The notes below the pieces were generated by a model. It saw only the letters and a list, made by a program, of their open reading frames with translations, searched no databases and was not told the DNA's origin. From a bacterium (lineage in GTDB: Bacteria; Patescibacteriota; Minisyncoccia; UBA6257; UBA9933): DNA of 64,000 bases. The stretch lies in NCBI GenBank assembly GCA_021796335.1, contig JAJYHZ010000002.1:100516-164515 (forward strand). Reading direction: 5' to 3'. The number at the start of each line of letters is the position of its first letter. Position 1 is the first letter of the stretch. Shown in pieces: positions 38,394 to 49,563 of this stretch. The translations under genes and the position numbers were made by a program.

Positions 38394-38479
38394 ATTCCGA
38401 ATTATAGCAAATTTATACTGATGATGCCCTCGGTCGGAAATTTCGGCTCAGTAATCTTTCCGGAATTATTACGCCCGCG

Positions 38480-39769
38480 TTAATTTATGGATTTAAACGC
38501 CATCCAGAGATTCGCTTGTGTCCATAAAAGAGGCACCGCATCATTCGGAATGAATTTCCCTTTTTTCGGATAGTAAAGTTCCGGACATTTAAGCGCTTCA
38601 AATGCGCTGCCTTCTTCCGTCAACTGCCCCAATGATCTGTTGAAATAATAGGTTTGAAGTTTCCGATCGGATTCCCTGCGGTATTTTTCATATTTTAATC
38701 CGTAAATTATCGAGATAATCGGGTCGAAGATGCACCATTGCGCCTCTTCGCTGTTTTTAAATAAATTATCCCTTTTCGCGATATCGTCGCTGAAATCAAT
38801 CGTAAGCTCTTTACGTTCAAGTTTGTCTTTATAATCGGCCGCCCAAAAAGAATCGTTCAAATAGCGGCATATTCCGTATTCTCTTTGCAAGTGACTCATT
38901 ACCCCATTGAGAATTTTATCGGCCATATCTTCCGACACTACATTCATGGGGAAAATAAGAAAAAGAAGCGCGGCGTCAAAACACCTGTTTTTGCGCGGAT
39001 CGGATTGAATGCATTCGGCAGGCAGAATAGCTTCCAAACTTTTTTGTCCTTTGGCAATAAGATCTTCAAGAAATTTACCGGAAATGCTTTCGGACACGCA
39101 ACCGGGAAAAAACAATTCTTTTCGCCCTAGCAAGGCTCTGAGTTCAGTCAATCCACCAACAACGACACCGATGCTGGACGCTTCGACTTTGCGCGCCTCT
39201 TCCCAATGTCCGCTGTCTTCATCCTCCCAATACCGGATGGCTTTGAAATAAAGAGCAAAGAGCGGCAAAAGATTGCATTCTTCGGCGGTCATGACAATGT
39301 TTTGTTCATTATGAATTTTGCATAGGAACCAAATAAAATAGCCCAAGGCGTCATTTTCTGCGTGGGCCCATTTTTGGGGGATTTCGGATAAATCATTTCC
39401 ATTGAGCCGGATATGCGGCCGGTTCATCGGCTCATTGCAATCAAGTTCGCCCGATATGATTTTTTCAAAACGCCATTTGTTTTTGGTAAAATAATCGGCT
39501 AAAGTTTTAACGGTTTTTAAGGCTGTTTTCGTATCGCCGTTTAAATAGTGCGCGTAGGCAATATATATGTTGTCGCGTACCCAGACATTGCCGTATCCAG
39601 TGTAAAGATTTGAAGTTTTAAAGCTAGCCGCCGGAAAAAGCCCGTTAGGAAGAACAGGGAAAGAAAAAGTGCCATGCCGCATAAGAAGATTTCTGATATT
39701 TTGAAGATCTTCCGGCAAATACGCGTCTTTAATAAACCTTGATAATTCTTTGTTATGTATGATGGGCAT
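38480..39769 (-). CDS. Glycoside hydrolase family 15 / phosphorylase-kinase-like protein
   Basis: GYGNVWVRDN, HAENDALG, DSGHWEE, EASSIG, GICRY..DS and LLWTQANL. Confidence 0.8.
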   Translation of the reverse strand: MPIIHNKELSRFIKDAYLPEDLQNIRNLLMRHGTFSFPVLPNGLFPAASFKTSNLYTGYGNVWVRDNIYIAYAHYLNGDTKTALKTVKTLADYFTKNKWRFEKIISGELDCNEPMNRPHIRLNGNDLSEIPQKWAHAENDALGYFIWFLCKIHNEQNIVMTAEECNLLPLFALYFKAIRYWEDEDSGHWEEARKVEASSIGVVVGGLTELRALLGRKELFFPGCVSESISGKFLEDLIAKGQKSLEAILPAECIQSDPRKNRCFDAALLFLIFPMNVVSEDMADKILNGVMSHLQREYGICRYLNDSFWAADYKDKLERKELTIDFSDDIAKRDNLFKNSEEAQWCIFDPIISIIYGLKYEKYRRESDRKLQTYYFNRSLGQLTEEGSAFEALKCPELYYPKKGKFIPNDAVPLLWTQANLWMAFKSIN

Positions 39770-39830
39770 TAATTAAAGTTTTTTCTGCACATAAATTTTG
39801 CAGCTTTTAAATGTCACGTAACACGCGACA

Positions 39831-40034
39831 CGCGCACGCAAATAAATTTGCATGCTCTGGCCCCAACTTCGTTGTGCCCAGGAGAGGATTCGGCTACAAG
39901 TTTCGCTTCGCGAACTCGCAGCCCGCTCCTCGCATCCGCCAAAGGCGGATATGCTCCGGCCTTCGAATCTCTCGCGCACGCAAATAAATTTGCATGCTCT
40001 GGCCCCAACTTCGTTGTGCCCAGGAGAGGATTCG
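39831..40034. repeat. 62-bp direct repeat (39831-39892; 39973-40034) duplicating the tRNA-Leu 3' end
   Basis: Two identical copies of CGCGCACGCAAATAAATTTGCATGCTCTGGCCCCAACTTCGTTGTGCCCAGGAGAGGATTCG. Confidence 0.9.
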
Positions 40035-40100
40035 AACCTCCAAGCCCTTACGGGCGCTACCACCTCAAGGTAGTGCGTCTGCCAATTTCGCCACCTGGGC
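40017..40100 (-). tRNA. tRNA-Leu(GAG)
   Basis: GCCCAGG...CCTGGGCA; anticodon arm CTACC-TTGAGGT-GGTAG. Confidence 0.95.
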
Positions 40101-40185
40101 AAACATAATAATCTAAAATTTAAAATGAAAAATTGAAAATTGCAAATAAATTTCACAAAAAATCCCGCCGAAGCGGGATTTATTC

Positions 40186-40509
40186 TTATGCGGCAACTCC
40201 GATTTTTTCCCGAGATTTCTTTTTTGATAAACCTCTTAAGAAATAAAGTTTTGCTCTGCGTATTTTTTTTGGAGAATTTACAATTTCAACTTTGGAAATC
40301 ATCGGGGTATTGAACGGATAGATTTTTTCCACTCCGACTCCGTCGATAACCGAACGCACCGTAAAAGTAGCTCCGATTTCTCTGCCGTGTTTAATTCCTA
40401 GAACAACTCCCTGAAATTTACTGATTCTTTCCTTGTCTCCTTCTTTGATTCTTTCCCAGACGCGGACTGTCGCTCCGGCTTTGATTTTGTTGGCTATTTC
40501 TTTATCCAT
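40186..40509 (-). CDS. rplS: 50S ribosomal protein L19
   Basis: IKEGDKERI, TFTVR, GVGVEK and RRAKLYFLR. Confidence 0.95.
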   Translation of the reverse strand: MDKEIANKIKAGATVRVWERIKEGDKERISKFQGVVLGIKHGREIGATFTVRSVIDGVGVEKIYPFNTPMISKVEIVNSPKKIRRAKLYFLRGLSKKKSREKIGVAA

Positions 40510-40668
40510 AGAATTTATGAATTGCTTAAATATAGTAATCGATAATACGATAATTGTCAAAATTGATTGCTATTTGAAAATAAAATAACCGATTATTATT
40601 TGACAAAAATTATTTATGATGTTAATTTTCATCCAGTTTATTTAACAAATAAGCCGGGAGGAATATGG

Positions 40669-41169
40669 ATGGAAATCGACGGATTTTTACTAGATGTTTT
40701 TGAAAAAATTTCTCAGTGGATTCAAATGATGTTCGGGATAATTTGTTTTCGGATCGCAGCAGAGCTGTATATCGGAGCGCTGGTTTTTAATATAGTTGAT
40801 AATGCTATATTTATTTTAAAACACTACTCAATATTTACACTAACGCTCTGTCTCATAGACATTATTACCTCTCTGATATTTGTTACTGCATGTATCCTGG
40901 TAAATAAAGTTATACAACAGATATGGGAAAAAGAAAGGGGGTTTTTGAATTATGGGCGTTTAAAACTGATGCCCATTCGTCTGCTTCTTTTAGTGATTAC
41001 ATTGATACAAATCCGAGGAAGTATCTTTGATTTGATGGACTGGATTTTCCTGACGGCAGGAATGTATTTTACTTCCTGCACGCCGCTCTCGCCCCGTAAA
41101 AGCAAGGCGCGGGAATGGCTGGATTCTTGGAAAACAAAACTTGTGCCGGCTCCGATGCCGGCAAAATAA
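40669..41169 (+). CDS. Hypothetical membrane protein
   Basis: GGAGG SD, about four TMs, C-terminal YFTSCTPL.P. Confidence 0.65.
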   Translation: MEIDGFLLDVFEKISQWIQMMFGIICFRIAAELYIGALVFNIVDNAIFILKHYSIFTLTLCLIDIITSLIFVTACILVNKVIQQIWEKERGFLNYGRLKLMPIRLLLLVITLIQIRGSIFDLMDWIFLTAGMYFTSCTPLSPRKSKAREWLDSWKTKLVPAPMPAK

Positions 41170-41210
41170 ACTGGTCCGTAGAGGGCGGGGTTTTATCCCG
41201 CCCTTATTTT

Positions 41211-41957
41211 TTAATAATTTGATTCCAATCCATCCAGAATGTTTTTTAAACTTTTCGGCAGTTCGAATTCCAATTTCATTTTCCGGCCGGATTCAGGCGG
41301 GAATTCCAAAGATTGCGCGTGAAGAAACTGGCGGTCTAAGCCAAAATATTCTTTTGATAAATTGAGGAATCTTTTCCCGCCGTATAAAGTATCACCGACA
41401 ACCGGATGTCCGATTGCGGCCATATGAACTCTTATCTGATGAGTGCGGCCGGTTAAAGGAGAAACCTCAACCAAGGTCAATGATTTTTCTTCTTTATTTT
41501 TTTGAAATTTATAAAATTTAAGAGCTTTATATTCTGTGATAGCTTCTTTGGTCATTTTCCCGCCATAAACAGTTCGTTTAGTTGTGCCGGGTTTTAAACT
41601 AATTGGCTTATTAATTATTCCTTTTTCGCCGATCGGCAATTTTACTTTTCCCCAAACCAAAGCCAGGTAATTTTTGCGCACTTTTTTGGTTTGGAAAAGA
41701 TTTTTTAGATATTCGAAATATTTTTGATTGCGGGCGATTATGATAATTCCGGAAGTGTCTTTATCTAAACGATGGACGATTCCGGGACGATTTTCTTTAT
41801 CATCGCCGACGTTTTTAACCTCCGGATATTTCCCCAAAATAAAATCAACCAAAGTTTTTTCTTTTTGTTTTGAAACAGCTGTTTTGTGCACCAAAAGGCC
41901 TGCAGGCTTGTTAACCGCGATAAAATTTTTTGATTCGTAAATAATCTGCGGATCCAT
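41211..41957 (-). CDS. RluA-family pseudouridine synthase
   Basis: NKPAGLLVH, HRLDKDTSG, TGRTHQIRVH and GDTLYG. Confidence 0.93.
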   Translation of the reverse strand: MDPQIIYESKNFIAVNKPAGLLVHKTAVSKQKEKTLVDFILGKYPEVKNVGDDKENRPGIVHRLDKDTSGIIIIARNQKYFEYLKNLFQTKKVRKNYLALVWGKVKLPIGEKGIINKPISLKPGTTKRTVYGGKMTKEAITEYKALKFYKFQKNKEEKSLTLVEVSPLTGRTHQIRVHMAAIGHPVVGDTLYGGKRFLNLSKEYFGLDRQFLHAQSLEFPPESGRKMKLEFELPKSLKNILDGLESNY

Positions 41958-42033
41958 AAGTTAATTTTAGAATAAAAATTGAAAATATAAATGAGACGGG
42001 GCGCCTTGCGGGCGCCCTTTTGGAAAAAAGATA

Positions 42034-42405
42034 TTACAAGCTCCCCAGAAAAATCGGGGAGAATTTAAGCTCGTGGCTTATGAGATGAAGGCCGTGCTTC
42101 AGCTTTTTGAGCGAGTCGTTTGATAACCGCTCCTTCAGCTGATCAAGGCATGCGATGATTTTGAGAAGAAAGGCGAGGAAAATTTCTTTCGCCTTTTTTA
42201 AATGCGTTACCGCACTGACAAGCGGCGGGGAAATGGCGACGCCGGCGATCCTGGTTATCCGGGAGGTTTCCCGGAAATGATGCTTGATGCGCTCCAATGT
42301 GTGTATTTCCGTAAAACAAGGGATACACACATTGCCCTTTGTTACTTTTTTTACAACTTCAACCTTCTCTCCACATGCACTACAAGCATACTTTTTTCTT
42401 TTCAA
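42034..42405 (-). CDS. Hypothetical protein with N-terminal CxxC...CxxC
   Basis: CSACG and CIPC; GAGGAGG SD before a TTG start. Confidence 0.6.
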   Translation of the reverse strand: MKRKKYACSACGEKVEVVKKVTKGNVCIPCFTEIHTLERIKHHFRETSRITRIAGVAISPPLVSAVTHLKKAKEIFLAFLLKIIACLDQLKERLSNDSLKKLKHGLHLISHELKFSPIFLGSL

Positions 42406-42911
42406 ATCAACAACCTCCTCTTTCTTATAATATAGCCGCTGAAAAAGCTTCTTTTAAAATAAATTTATTTAGATTTTATGTCAATACCACACTTTTAAAT
42501 TTCTATTCGAATGATAGATAATCTTCGTTTTTTTAGATAACCGTTTATTTCTGTATTTATATTACGTTTAATGCGGAATAAATAAAAAAGGCGGCCGCTG
42601 CGCGTTGCTCACGCACCCCCGGGCCGCCTTGGATAAAAACTATGAAAACATTTGGAGTTAAGTAAGGGCGGGAAAAACATTTTCTCCACTGACGCCGAGA
42701 ATAGACGTCAATTTCGATATCAGTAGCAGGATTTTTTTCTTTCTTTTGCCCTTAATCCTAAACTGTTCCCAGTCCTTTTTAAGGGCAGTGATGCAATCTT
42801 GCGGAGCGCCTGAAGACCTCGCGTCCGCTCAATATACCATGAAGGCACCTCGACCTTAACGGTAGTGCCCTTAAGCAAGTTGAGCAGTTCTTTCAGCACA
42901 GTAGGGGCATT

Positions 42912-43331
42912 TCATCGCATACCCCTTTTTTCATTTTCTTCCATCTCGGCCTGGCAATCACAGCAAAGTCTGACTGCCGGGCTGTGCGTAAGCCTCCTGA
43001 TTGATATATCCTCACCACACTCCTCGCAAATACCGAAGAGTGCACCACCAGCCTTGAACTTTTTGAACTTCTCGATGGCGGCTTCGATTGCAACAATCTG
43101 GTTGCGGAGGAGGCGCTCTCTCCGCATATTGACCTCAGGCAAAGCAATGGCGTTGCCTTTGTCGGGTTCAGTCACTTTGGTCGCCTCTTTGATTTGATCC
43201 TTGGCATCCCTACGGATGCCAACATATTCGGCCCGGGTTTTCTCAAGTAAATTTTGAAGGCCAGCTCCGACTTGTCTTAGTGATTCTTCCCGATTTGTCC
43301 TTGATGAATGTGTGGTTGGAGCCTGAGGCAT
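42912..43331 (-). CDS. DksA/TraR C4-type zinc finger protein
   Basis: FGICEECGEDISIRRL...P.VRLCCDCQ preceded by a coiled coil; AAGGAGG SD. Confidence 0.82.
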   Translation of the reverse strand: MPQAPTTHSSRTNREESLRQVGAGLQNLLEKTRAEYVGIRRDAKDQIKEATKVTEPDKGNAIALPEVNMRRERLLRNQIVAIEAAIEKFKKFKAGGALFGICEECGEDISIRRLTHSPAVRLCCDCQAEMEENEKRGMR

Positions 43332-43604
43332 ACGACCTCCTTTTCGATCCTTAGAGAATTAATACAAGCAAGCAAGCGACTCCTCTCTAAATTTTCCCTC
43401 CTTCCTTAAAAAAGATTTAAACAACTTTTTTTATTATGTCTCACTTTTTAAAAAAGTCAATTAATTTTGTGCACAAATTTATATTTTGAGCCGCGTATAG
43501 CGGACAAAGACTTTTTGCGACTATTCAAAATTTTATCCAGGCTAAAACCAAAACCGGCCATAAAAGCCGGCTTTGATTTATAAAATAATTTTATGGAATT
43601 ATTT

Positions 43605-44213
43605 TTATTGCCCTTGCTGAGAACTAAGCTGCGCCTGCAAATCTCTGATCATCTGAAGAATATTGTCGATTTGCTGTTGAATATTGGAAACATTCTTCTG
43701 TTGATAAGAAATGTCATTGACCTGAGAAACAGCGATGATATGAGTTGATTCATTGAAGTTTCCACTTGCGCTTAGTATGTCGCCAGCCTGGATATCGCCT
43801 ATGGCAATTGTATTTCCGCCGGCGATCAATTTAGCATTACCGAGATTAATATCCCTGCTGAATCCGTAAAAACTGACGTTTACGGTATTGGTTGAAGATG
43901 CAACAGAATTAACCTTGACTCCGGTGACTTTGAAATCTCCGTTGGCATTCATTGTAACCGACTCCTGGGTGGAATTATTATCTTCCGAATCGCTGCGGCC
44001 TCTGGCGATAGCGCTGACGATACTGCCGATTCCTTTATCTTCGCCCTGGCTTTGTTCAATTGCCTTTACTGCATGGCCAATACCCATTTCCGATTGGGTG
44101 CTTGTCACGTTTCCGCCGTTCTCGTTATCGGCATGGGATTTGTTTACGGGAAAAACAACCAACGCAGAAACAGCGGCCAAAGAAACCAACCCCGCTATTA
44201 AATATTTTTTCAT
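43605..44213 (-). CDS. Hypothetical exported protein
   Basis: Signal peptide, OB-like beta region (IQAGDILSASG), coiled-coil C-terminus. Confidence 0.7.
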   Translation of the reverse strand: MKKYLIAGLVSLAAVSALVVFPVNKSHADNENGGNVTSTQSEMGIGHAVKAIEQSQGEDKGIGSIVSAIARGRSDSEDNNSTQESVTMNANGDFKVTGVKVNSVASSTNTVNVSFYGFSRDINLGNAKLIAGGNTIAIGDIQAGDILSASGNFNESTHIIAVSQVNDISYQQKNVSNIQQQIDNILQMIRDLQAQLSSQQGQ

Positions 44214-44340
44214 CTCGCACATAATTTCGTCAATAAATTGCACAAAAACCATTTTATGCAGTTTATATAAGAAATGATTTAATTTTATTTACGACTTTAT
44301 ATATTTATAAACGTTTTAATTATACAAAATATTACAAAAC

Positions 44341-44368
44341 AAAACAGCCCGCCAAGGCGGGCTGTTTT
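44341..44368 (-). terminator. Terminator after rpsA
   Basis: AAAACAGCCCGCC-AA-GGCGGGCTGTTTT. Confidence 0.75.
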
Positions 44369-44377
44369 TTTCTTTTT

Positions 44378-45460
44378 CTATTTCTTTAATTTCAGAGAAA
44401 TTCTTTTTTCTTCCGGTTTAATTGATTCGACCGTAAAGTCATATTTCTTCCCGGCTTCGAGATTCTTTTTCAACTCCTCAGGAGACCCGAAATCGGAGAC
44501 ATGGACCGCGCCGTAAAGATCGCTTCCCAAATCAATGTAGGCTCCAAACGGATTGATTTTATAAACAGTTCCGGGAACTTCCTGGCCTTCTTTAAATTTA
44601 TCGGAAGCGGTTTCCCACGGATTCGTTTTTAAAGCCTTCAAAGAAAGAAAAACTTTGTCGTCTTTTATTTCAATGATTTTAGCTTTTACAACCTCGTCGA
44701 TTTTAACTATTTCTTTCGGATTATCGATTAATCTCCAATCAAGCTCGGAAATATGAATCAATCCCTCAATGCTCGGATTATCAACGAATTTGACGAACGC
44801 GCCGAAGTCGGCGATTCCGGAAATAACGCCTTCAATCACATCTCCTTCTTTGTATTTGCTAAGCAACTCTTTCATATTTTCTCCGACAGCTTCTTTCTCG
44901 GAAATGATCAATTTATTCGTTCTCGGGTTGATATCGATAATTTTCACGGGCAATTCCTGTCCGACGAATTTCTTCAATTCATTCAAAATTTTGCTCTGCT
45001 CCCCTTTTTCGATGCGAGGATAATGCTCGGTCGAAAGCTGTGAAACCGGCAAAAACGCTTTAACATTATGGAGGTCGGCAACCAAACCGCCGTTATTCGC
45101 TCCTTTGATTTTAATCAGAATAGGCTCGTCTTTTTCTTTAAGCTCTTTCAGAATATCCCAATTCTTTTGTTCTTGGGCATTAACCAAAGAAAGCTCAATT
45201 TGGCCTTCTTCATTTTCCAAATCAACAATTTTAGCGCTGATTTTATCGCCGATGCCAAGATTTTTAATGATGCTTTTGGCATTGATTAATTCGGAGCCGT
45301 AAACAATTCCGGTTCCAAACTTCTCTATGTCGAAATAAGCGGCTCGGGAATTTCTAGCCAAAAGTTTAGCCTCAATCAAATCGCCTTCTTTCAAAAAAGA
45401 GATTAGATTGGGTTCATTTTTGACAAGCTGACCCATTGCCGAATTTTTATTTTCAGGCAT
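44378..45460 (-). CDS. rpsA: 30S ribosomal protein S1 (four S1 domains)
   Basis: AFLPVSQL, DFGAFV, EGLIHISEL and RISLKLK. Confidence 0.9.
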   Translation of the reverse strand: MPENKNSAMGQLVKNEPNLISFLKEGDLIEAKLLARNSRAAYFDIEKFGTGIVYGSELINAKSIIKNLGIGDKISAKIVDLENEEGQIELSLVNAQEQKNWDILKELKEKDEPILIKIKGANNGGLVADLHNVKAFLPVSQLSTEHYPRIEKGEQSKILNELKKFVGQELPVKIIDINPRTNKLIISEKEAVGENMKELLSKYKEGDVIEGVISGIADFGAFVKFVDNPSIEGLIHISELDWRLIDNPKEIVKIDEVVKAKIIEIKDDKVFLSLKALKTNPWETASDKFKEGQEVPGTVYKINPFGAYIDLGSDLYGAVHVSDFGSPEELKKNLEAGKKYDFTVESIKPEEKRISLKLKK

Positions 45461-45545
45461 TGTAACCATACTAAAAATATCCGCAGCTTAGCCGCGGAAT
45501 GGCCATTTAGGGAGTTCTGCTCTTCTAAATAGCAGGTTGCGACTT

Positions 45546-45708
45546 GCAGACTACTTCCGAATAACATTTTGTCCCCTTTGCTTATGTTTCGGCTGCGGCT
45601 TTGCAAAAATTTTTCAATAATATTCTATATTAAATTGAAAATTTTTCGCCTCGCCTCGCTCGAAATATAAATCAAAACCATTCAAAAGCTTATTCGGAAG
45701 TAGTCTGC
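45546..45708. mobile_element. MITE-like element with 19-bp perfect terminal inverted repeats
   Basis: GCAGACTACTTCCGAATAA (45546-45564) and TTATTCGGAAGTAGTCTGC (45690-45708); no transposase ORF inside. Confidence 0.6.
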
Positions 45709-45876
45709 TTAAAATTTAACGCAAATTTATTTGAAAATCAAGGAAAAACCGTGTATAATTTAACGGAATACTAATATACAAATACGTGCAAATGCGGTAA
45801 ATAGTGCGAAAATCAGCTTTTATTCGTGTGATTTGTATCATTTGTACTAATTTGTAGATTGGTATTATATTTTTTT

Positions 45877-46497
45877 ATGATTGTAACTTTTTACGGAGAA
45901 AATTGTTTTAAAATCCAGGCAGGAGACCTTTCCATAATAACGGATCCGTTTGACAACCAAATAGGGCTTACTCCTCCGCGATTCAAATATGATGCAATTA
46001 TCAGAACTTTAACCAAGTTTCCTCAGCCGGAAAACGATTCCAACGCAATAAACATTTTCGGACCGGGCGAATATAATTTTAAAGAAACGAATGTCAACGG
46101 ATTTTTATCGGAAAACGAAACCGGCGAAAAATTTTTAAAAACGATTTATACGGCGGAAATAGAAAAAATAAAATTCGCCTTTTTGGGACATCTATCGGAA
46201 ATGCCAAATCCGTCAGTAATGGAGCATCTGGAAGAAATCGATATTTTAATTTTTCCGGCCGGAGGAAAACCATTTGTCGACCAGAAAGCGGCAACGAAAT
46301 TAATTAGACAAATTCAGCCGAAAATCGCCATTCCCGCCCTATATAAAGTTCCGGGATTAAAAAGACAGGCGGACGATCTGAAAGTATTTTTGGAAGAATT
46401 TAATCACGGTAAATCGGAATCGACCGACAAACTGACAATCAAAAAAAAGGACTTGACCGGAATAAAGCCGACGCAAATAACGATACTACAGATATAA
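45877..46497 (+). CDS. MBL-fold metallo-hydrolase-like protein (Lactamase_B_3 type)
   Basis: FYGENCFKI, TDPF, GPGEY, IDIL and PKIAIP. Confidence 0.75.
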   Translation: MIVTFYGENCFKIQAGDLSIITDPFDNQIGLTPPRFKYDAIIRTLTKFPQPENDSNAINIFGPGEYNFKETNVNGFLSENETGEKFLKTIYTAEIEKIKFAFLGHLSEMPNPSVMEHLEEIDILIFPAGGKPFVDQKAATKLIRQIQPKIAIPALYKVPGLKRQADDLKVFLEEFNHGKSESTDKLTIKKKDLTGIKPTQITILQI

Positions 46498-46597
46498 TTT
46501 CTAGTTATTTTAATTATTCTGATTTATAAGAAATAAATAATTATGAATGATGCGGTTAGAATTAGGTCAATTAGAATAATTAGTAATTAGTTATTTT

Positions 46598-46918
46598 ATG
46601 CTAAAAAATCAGTTGGAAAAAATACAAAATTCCGACGAACAAACGAAAAAGAAATGGCTGATAATCATGAGCGGTATTTCGATGCTAATCATAATAATTA
46701 TTTGGCTTTTTTACATGACAAGTCTTGTTTCAAATACGGCGCAGAGTGAAACGCAAACAGACAATTCAGGAACGGGATTCTGGCAAATATTTAAAACAGG
46801 TCTGACGGTAATCGGAAATAATGTTGAAGAAAAAGCCGGCAATGTAATTTCAAAAATCGGCGACAAGATTCCTTTTCTTGACTCGGAAAAGAAAATAACG
46901 ATTCAAACGCCACAATAA
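46598..46918 (+). CDS. Hypothetical single-TM protein
   Basis: LEKIQNSDE..KKKWLII pattern upstream of gyrA. Confidence 0.65.
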   Translation: MLKNQLEKIQNSDEQTKKKWLIIMSGISMLIIIIIWLFYMTSLVSNTAQSETQTDNSGTGFWQIFKTGLTVIGNNVEEKAGNVISKIGDKIPFLDSEKKITIQTPQ

Positions 46919-47023
46919 TCACAAACAAACACGAATCGCGAAATTTAAATGAAACGAATTTTATAAATATATATCCGTGATTCGTGAAAATTAATTATCA
47001 ATTCATGTAAAAATAGTTAAAAA

Positions 47024-49465
47024 ATGGAAAATAATTTTGAACAAAAAATTGAAAGAAGGGAGATATCAACAGAGCTTGAAGAGTCTTATCTTGATTACGC
47101 GATGTCGGTCATTATTACCCGCGCGCTTCCGGATGTCCGCGATGGGTTGAAGCCGGTTCAAAGGAGAATCCTGTGGACGATGTGGGAAACCGGATTAAAA
47201 GCCGGAACAAAATACAGAAAATCGGCGGCGGTCATCGGAGAAGTTTTGAAAAGCTACCATCCGCACGGTGACATTTCCGTTTATGACGCCATGACAAGAA
47301 TGGCACAGAATTTTTCTTTGCGCTATCCGCTGATCGACGGACAAGGAAACTTCGGCTCGATTGACGGCGATTCGGCGGCGGCCTACAGGTACACGGAAGC
47401 GCGCCTGGCAAAAATAGCAGAAGAGCTTTTATTCGATATCGAAAAAGAAACTGTTGACTGGCAACCAAACTATGACGGCAGCACGGAAGAACCAAAGGTT
47501 CTTCCTGCCAGACTACCCAATCTTTTATTGAATGGGGTTTCGGGAATCGCGGTCGGCATGGCGACAAGCATTCCTCCGCACAATTTGGGAGAAATCGTCG
47601 ACGCAACGGTTCACCTGATCGATCATCCAAAAGCAAGCACGGAAGAGCTGTTGAATTTCGTAAAAGGGCCGGACTTTCCGACCGGCGGGATTATTTATGA
47701 CAAAAGATCCGTTGTCGAAGCTTATACAACCGGACGAGGAAGTATTACCACCAGGGCGGCGGCGGAAATTCAAGAACGCAAAAACAACCAATCCAACATC
47801 GTAATCACCGAAATTCCCTATCAGGTTAACAAATCGGAATTAATCACGAAAATAGCAACCTTGGTTCAGGAGAAAAAAATCGAGGGAATTAAAGATTTGC
47901 GCGATGAAAGCGACCGCGAAGGTTTGCGCATCGTCATCGAGCTTAAAAACGACGTGCCGGGACAAAAAATCCTCAACCAGCTTTACAAGCACACCGACCT
48001 TCAAAAGAATTTCAATTACAATATGATTGCTTTGGTAAACGGACTTCAGCCACAGCTTCTTTCATTAAAGGAAATTCTGGAATACTACATCGACCACAGA
48101 AAGGAAGTCGTTACCCGAAGAGCGCAATTCGATTTGAAAAAAGCCAAGGAAAGGGCGCACATTCTCGAAGGACTGGCAAAAGCTTTGGATCATATCGACC
48201 AGGTAATTGCCACAATCAAAAAATCGAGAGACCGCGAAGACGCCAAAGGGAATTTGATCGAAAAATTTAAGCTGACCGAAATTCAGGCAACGGCAATTTT
48301 GGAAATGAGACTGCAGACTTTGGCGGCGCTGGAAAGACAAAAAATCGAAGACGAACTGAAAGAAAAATTAAAGATAATCAAGGAATTAGAGTTACTACTC
48401 AAAAGCTCGGAAAAAATCTTGAAAGTAGTCAGAGACGAACTCGGCGAAATAAAACAAAAATTCAGCGATGAACGCCGAACGAAAGTCGTTTCAACGGGGA
48501 TCAAGGAGTTTAAAGAAGAAGATCTGATTCCGGAAGAAGAGGCGATTATCACCCTGTCGCGAAGCGGCTATATAAAAAGAATCGCACCAAATACATTTAA
48601 AACCCAAAGAAGAGGCGGGAAGGGGTTGATTGGTTCGGATATAAATGAAGAGGACTTACTACTCCATTTCATATCGACTGATACTCATGACAACATGCTT
48701 TTCTTCACTGACAGGGGAAGAGTTTTCCAGACAAAAGTTTATGAAATTCCGGTCGGAAGCAGAACCGCAAAAGGAAAAATAATCCAGAACTTTTTGGAAA
48801 TTCCTCCGGAAGAAAATATCAGCGCAATAATTTCTTATCCGAATTCATTATTAGAAGACAAAAATAATTTCTTGGTGATGCTGACTCAAGGCGGGACAAT
48901 TAAAAAAACTGCTTTGACTGATTTCTCCAATATCAGAAAAACCGGAATTATTGCCATAAACCTACAAAAAGGAGATTTATTGAAAGGCGTAAAACTTTCA
49001 TCGGGTAAAGACGAGGTTATAATCACGACCGGAGCGGGACAGGCGATCAGATTTAAAGAAACTCAGCTTAAACCAATGGGGAGAAATGCGGCTGGGGTAA
49101 GAGCGATTAAACTGAAGAAAAATGACTTCGTAGCCGGATTCGATATTATCAAAACCGCGGACGGAAAAGAAAAATTACTGGTAGTGACGGAAAACGGATT
49201 TGCCAAGCAAACGCCGCTAAAAGAATACAAGGTGCAGAGCCGCGGCGGCATGGGAATTAAAACTTCCAAAGTAACGGTAAAAACAGGCGCGGTTATAACG
49301 GGCCAAATTATCAGAGACAAAGAAGAACTCTTGGCGATTTCCGCCAAGGGGCAGGTAATCCGCACTCAGCTATCAAGCATAAGAACGGCGGGAAGAGCGA
49401 CCAGTGGAGTCAGAATTATGACTTTAAAAGATAAAGATAAGATTGCCGGAATCGTAACCTTATAA
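47024..49465 (+). CDS. gyrA: DNA gyrase subunit A
   Basis: [29 protein letters not shown] and the GyrA-box QRRGGKG. Confidence 0.98.
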   Translation: MENNFEQKIERREISTELEESYLDYAMSVIITRALPDVRDGLKPVQRRILWTMWETGLKAGTKYRKSAAVIGEVLKSYHPHGDISVYDAMTRMAQNFSLRYPLIDGQGNFGSIDGDSAAAYRYTEARLAKIAEELLFDIEKETVDWQPNYDGSTEEPKVLPARLPNLLLNGVSGIAVGMATSIPPHNLGEIVDATVHLIDHPKASTEELLNFVKGPDFPTGGIIYDKRSVVEAYTTGRGSITTRAAAEIQERKNNQSNIVITEIPYQVNKSELITKIATLVQEKKIEGIKDLRDESDREGLRIVIELKNDVPGQKILNQLYKHTDLQKNFNYNMIALVNGLQPQLLSLKEILEYYIDHRKEVVTRRAQFDLKKAKERAHILEGLAKALDHIDQVIATIKKSRDREDAKGNLIEKFKLTEIQATAILEMRLQTLAALERQKIEDELKEKLKIIKELELLLKSSEKILKVVRDELGEIKQKFSDERRTKVVSTGIKEFKEEDLIPEEEAIITLSRSGYIKRIAPNTFKTQRRGGKGLIGSDINEEDLLLHFISTDTHDNMLFFTDRGRVFQTKVYEIPVGSRTAKGKIIQNFLEIPPEENISAIISYPNSLLEDKNNFLVMLTQGGTIKKTALTDFSNIRKTGIIAINLQKGDLLKGVKLSSGKDEVIITTGAGQAIRFKETQLKPMGRNAAGVRAIKLKKNDFVAGFDIIKTADGKEKLLVVTENGFAKQTPLKEYKVQSRGGMGIKTSKVTVKTGAVITGQIIRDKEELLAISAKGQVIRTQLSSIRTAGRATSGVRIMTLKDKDKIAGIVTL

Positions 49466-49475
49466 AATTTTCGGG

Positions 49476-49505
49476 AACCGCCTCAGAAAACCTGAGGCGG
49501 TTTTT
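49476..49505 (+). terminator. Terminator after gyrA
   Basis: AACCGCCTCAG-AAAAC-CTGAGGCGGTTTTT. Confidence 0.75.
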
Positions 49506-49520
49506 ACTCTTTTATAAAAG

Positions 49521-49556
49521 AGTATACAAATTTAACGATCGTTGGAATTGTATACT
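49521..49556. repeat. Palindrome downstream of the PaaX-like gene
   Basis: AGTATACAAATTTAACGATCGTTGGAATTGTATACT. Confidence 0.8.
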
Positions 49557-49563
49557 TATGTTT

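Noticed and set aside
39773-40156. Overlapping ORFs around tRNA-Leu(GAG)
   Set aside because: Spurious translations of the tRNA and its direct repeat.
42709-42915. Possible frameshifted small gene downstream of the dksA-like gene (MKCPYC.../LKELLNLLKG...)
   Set aside because: No recognisable family and no consistent start.
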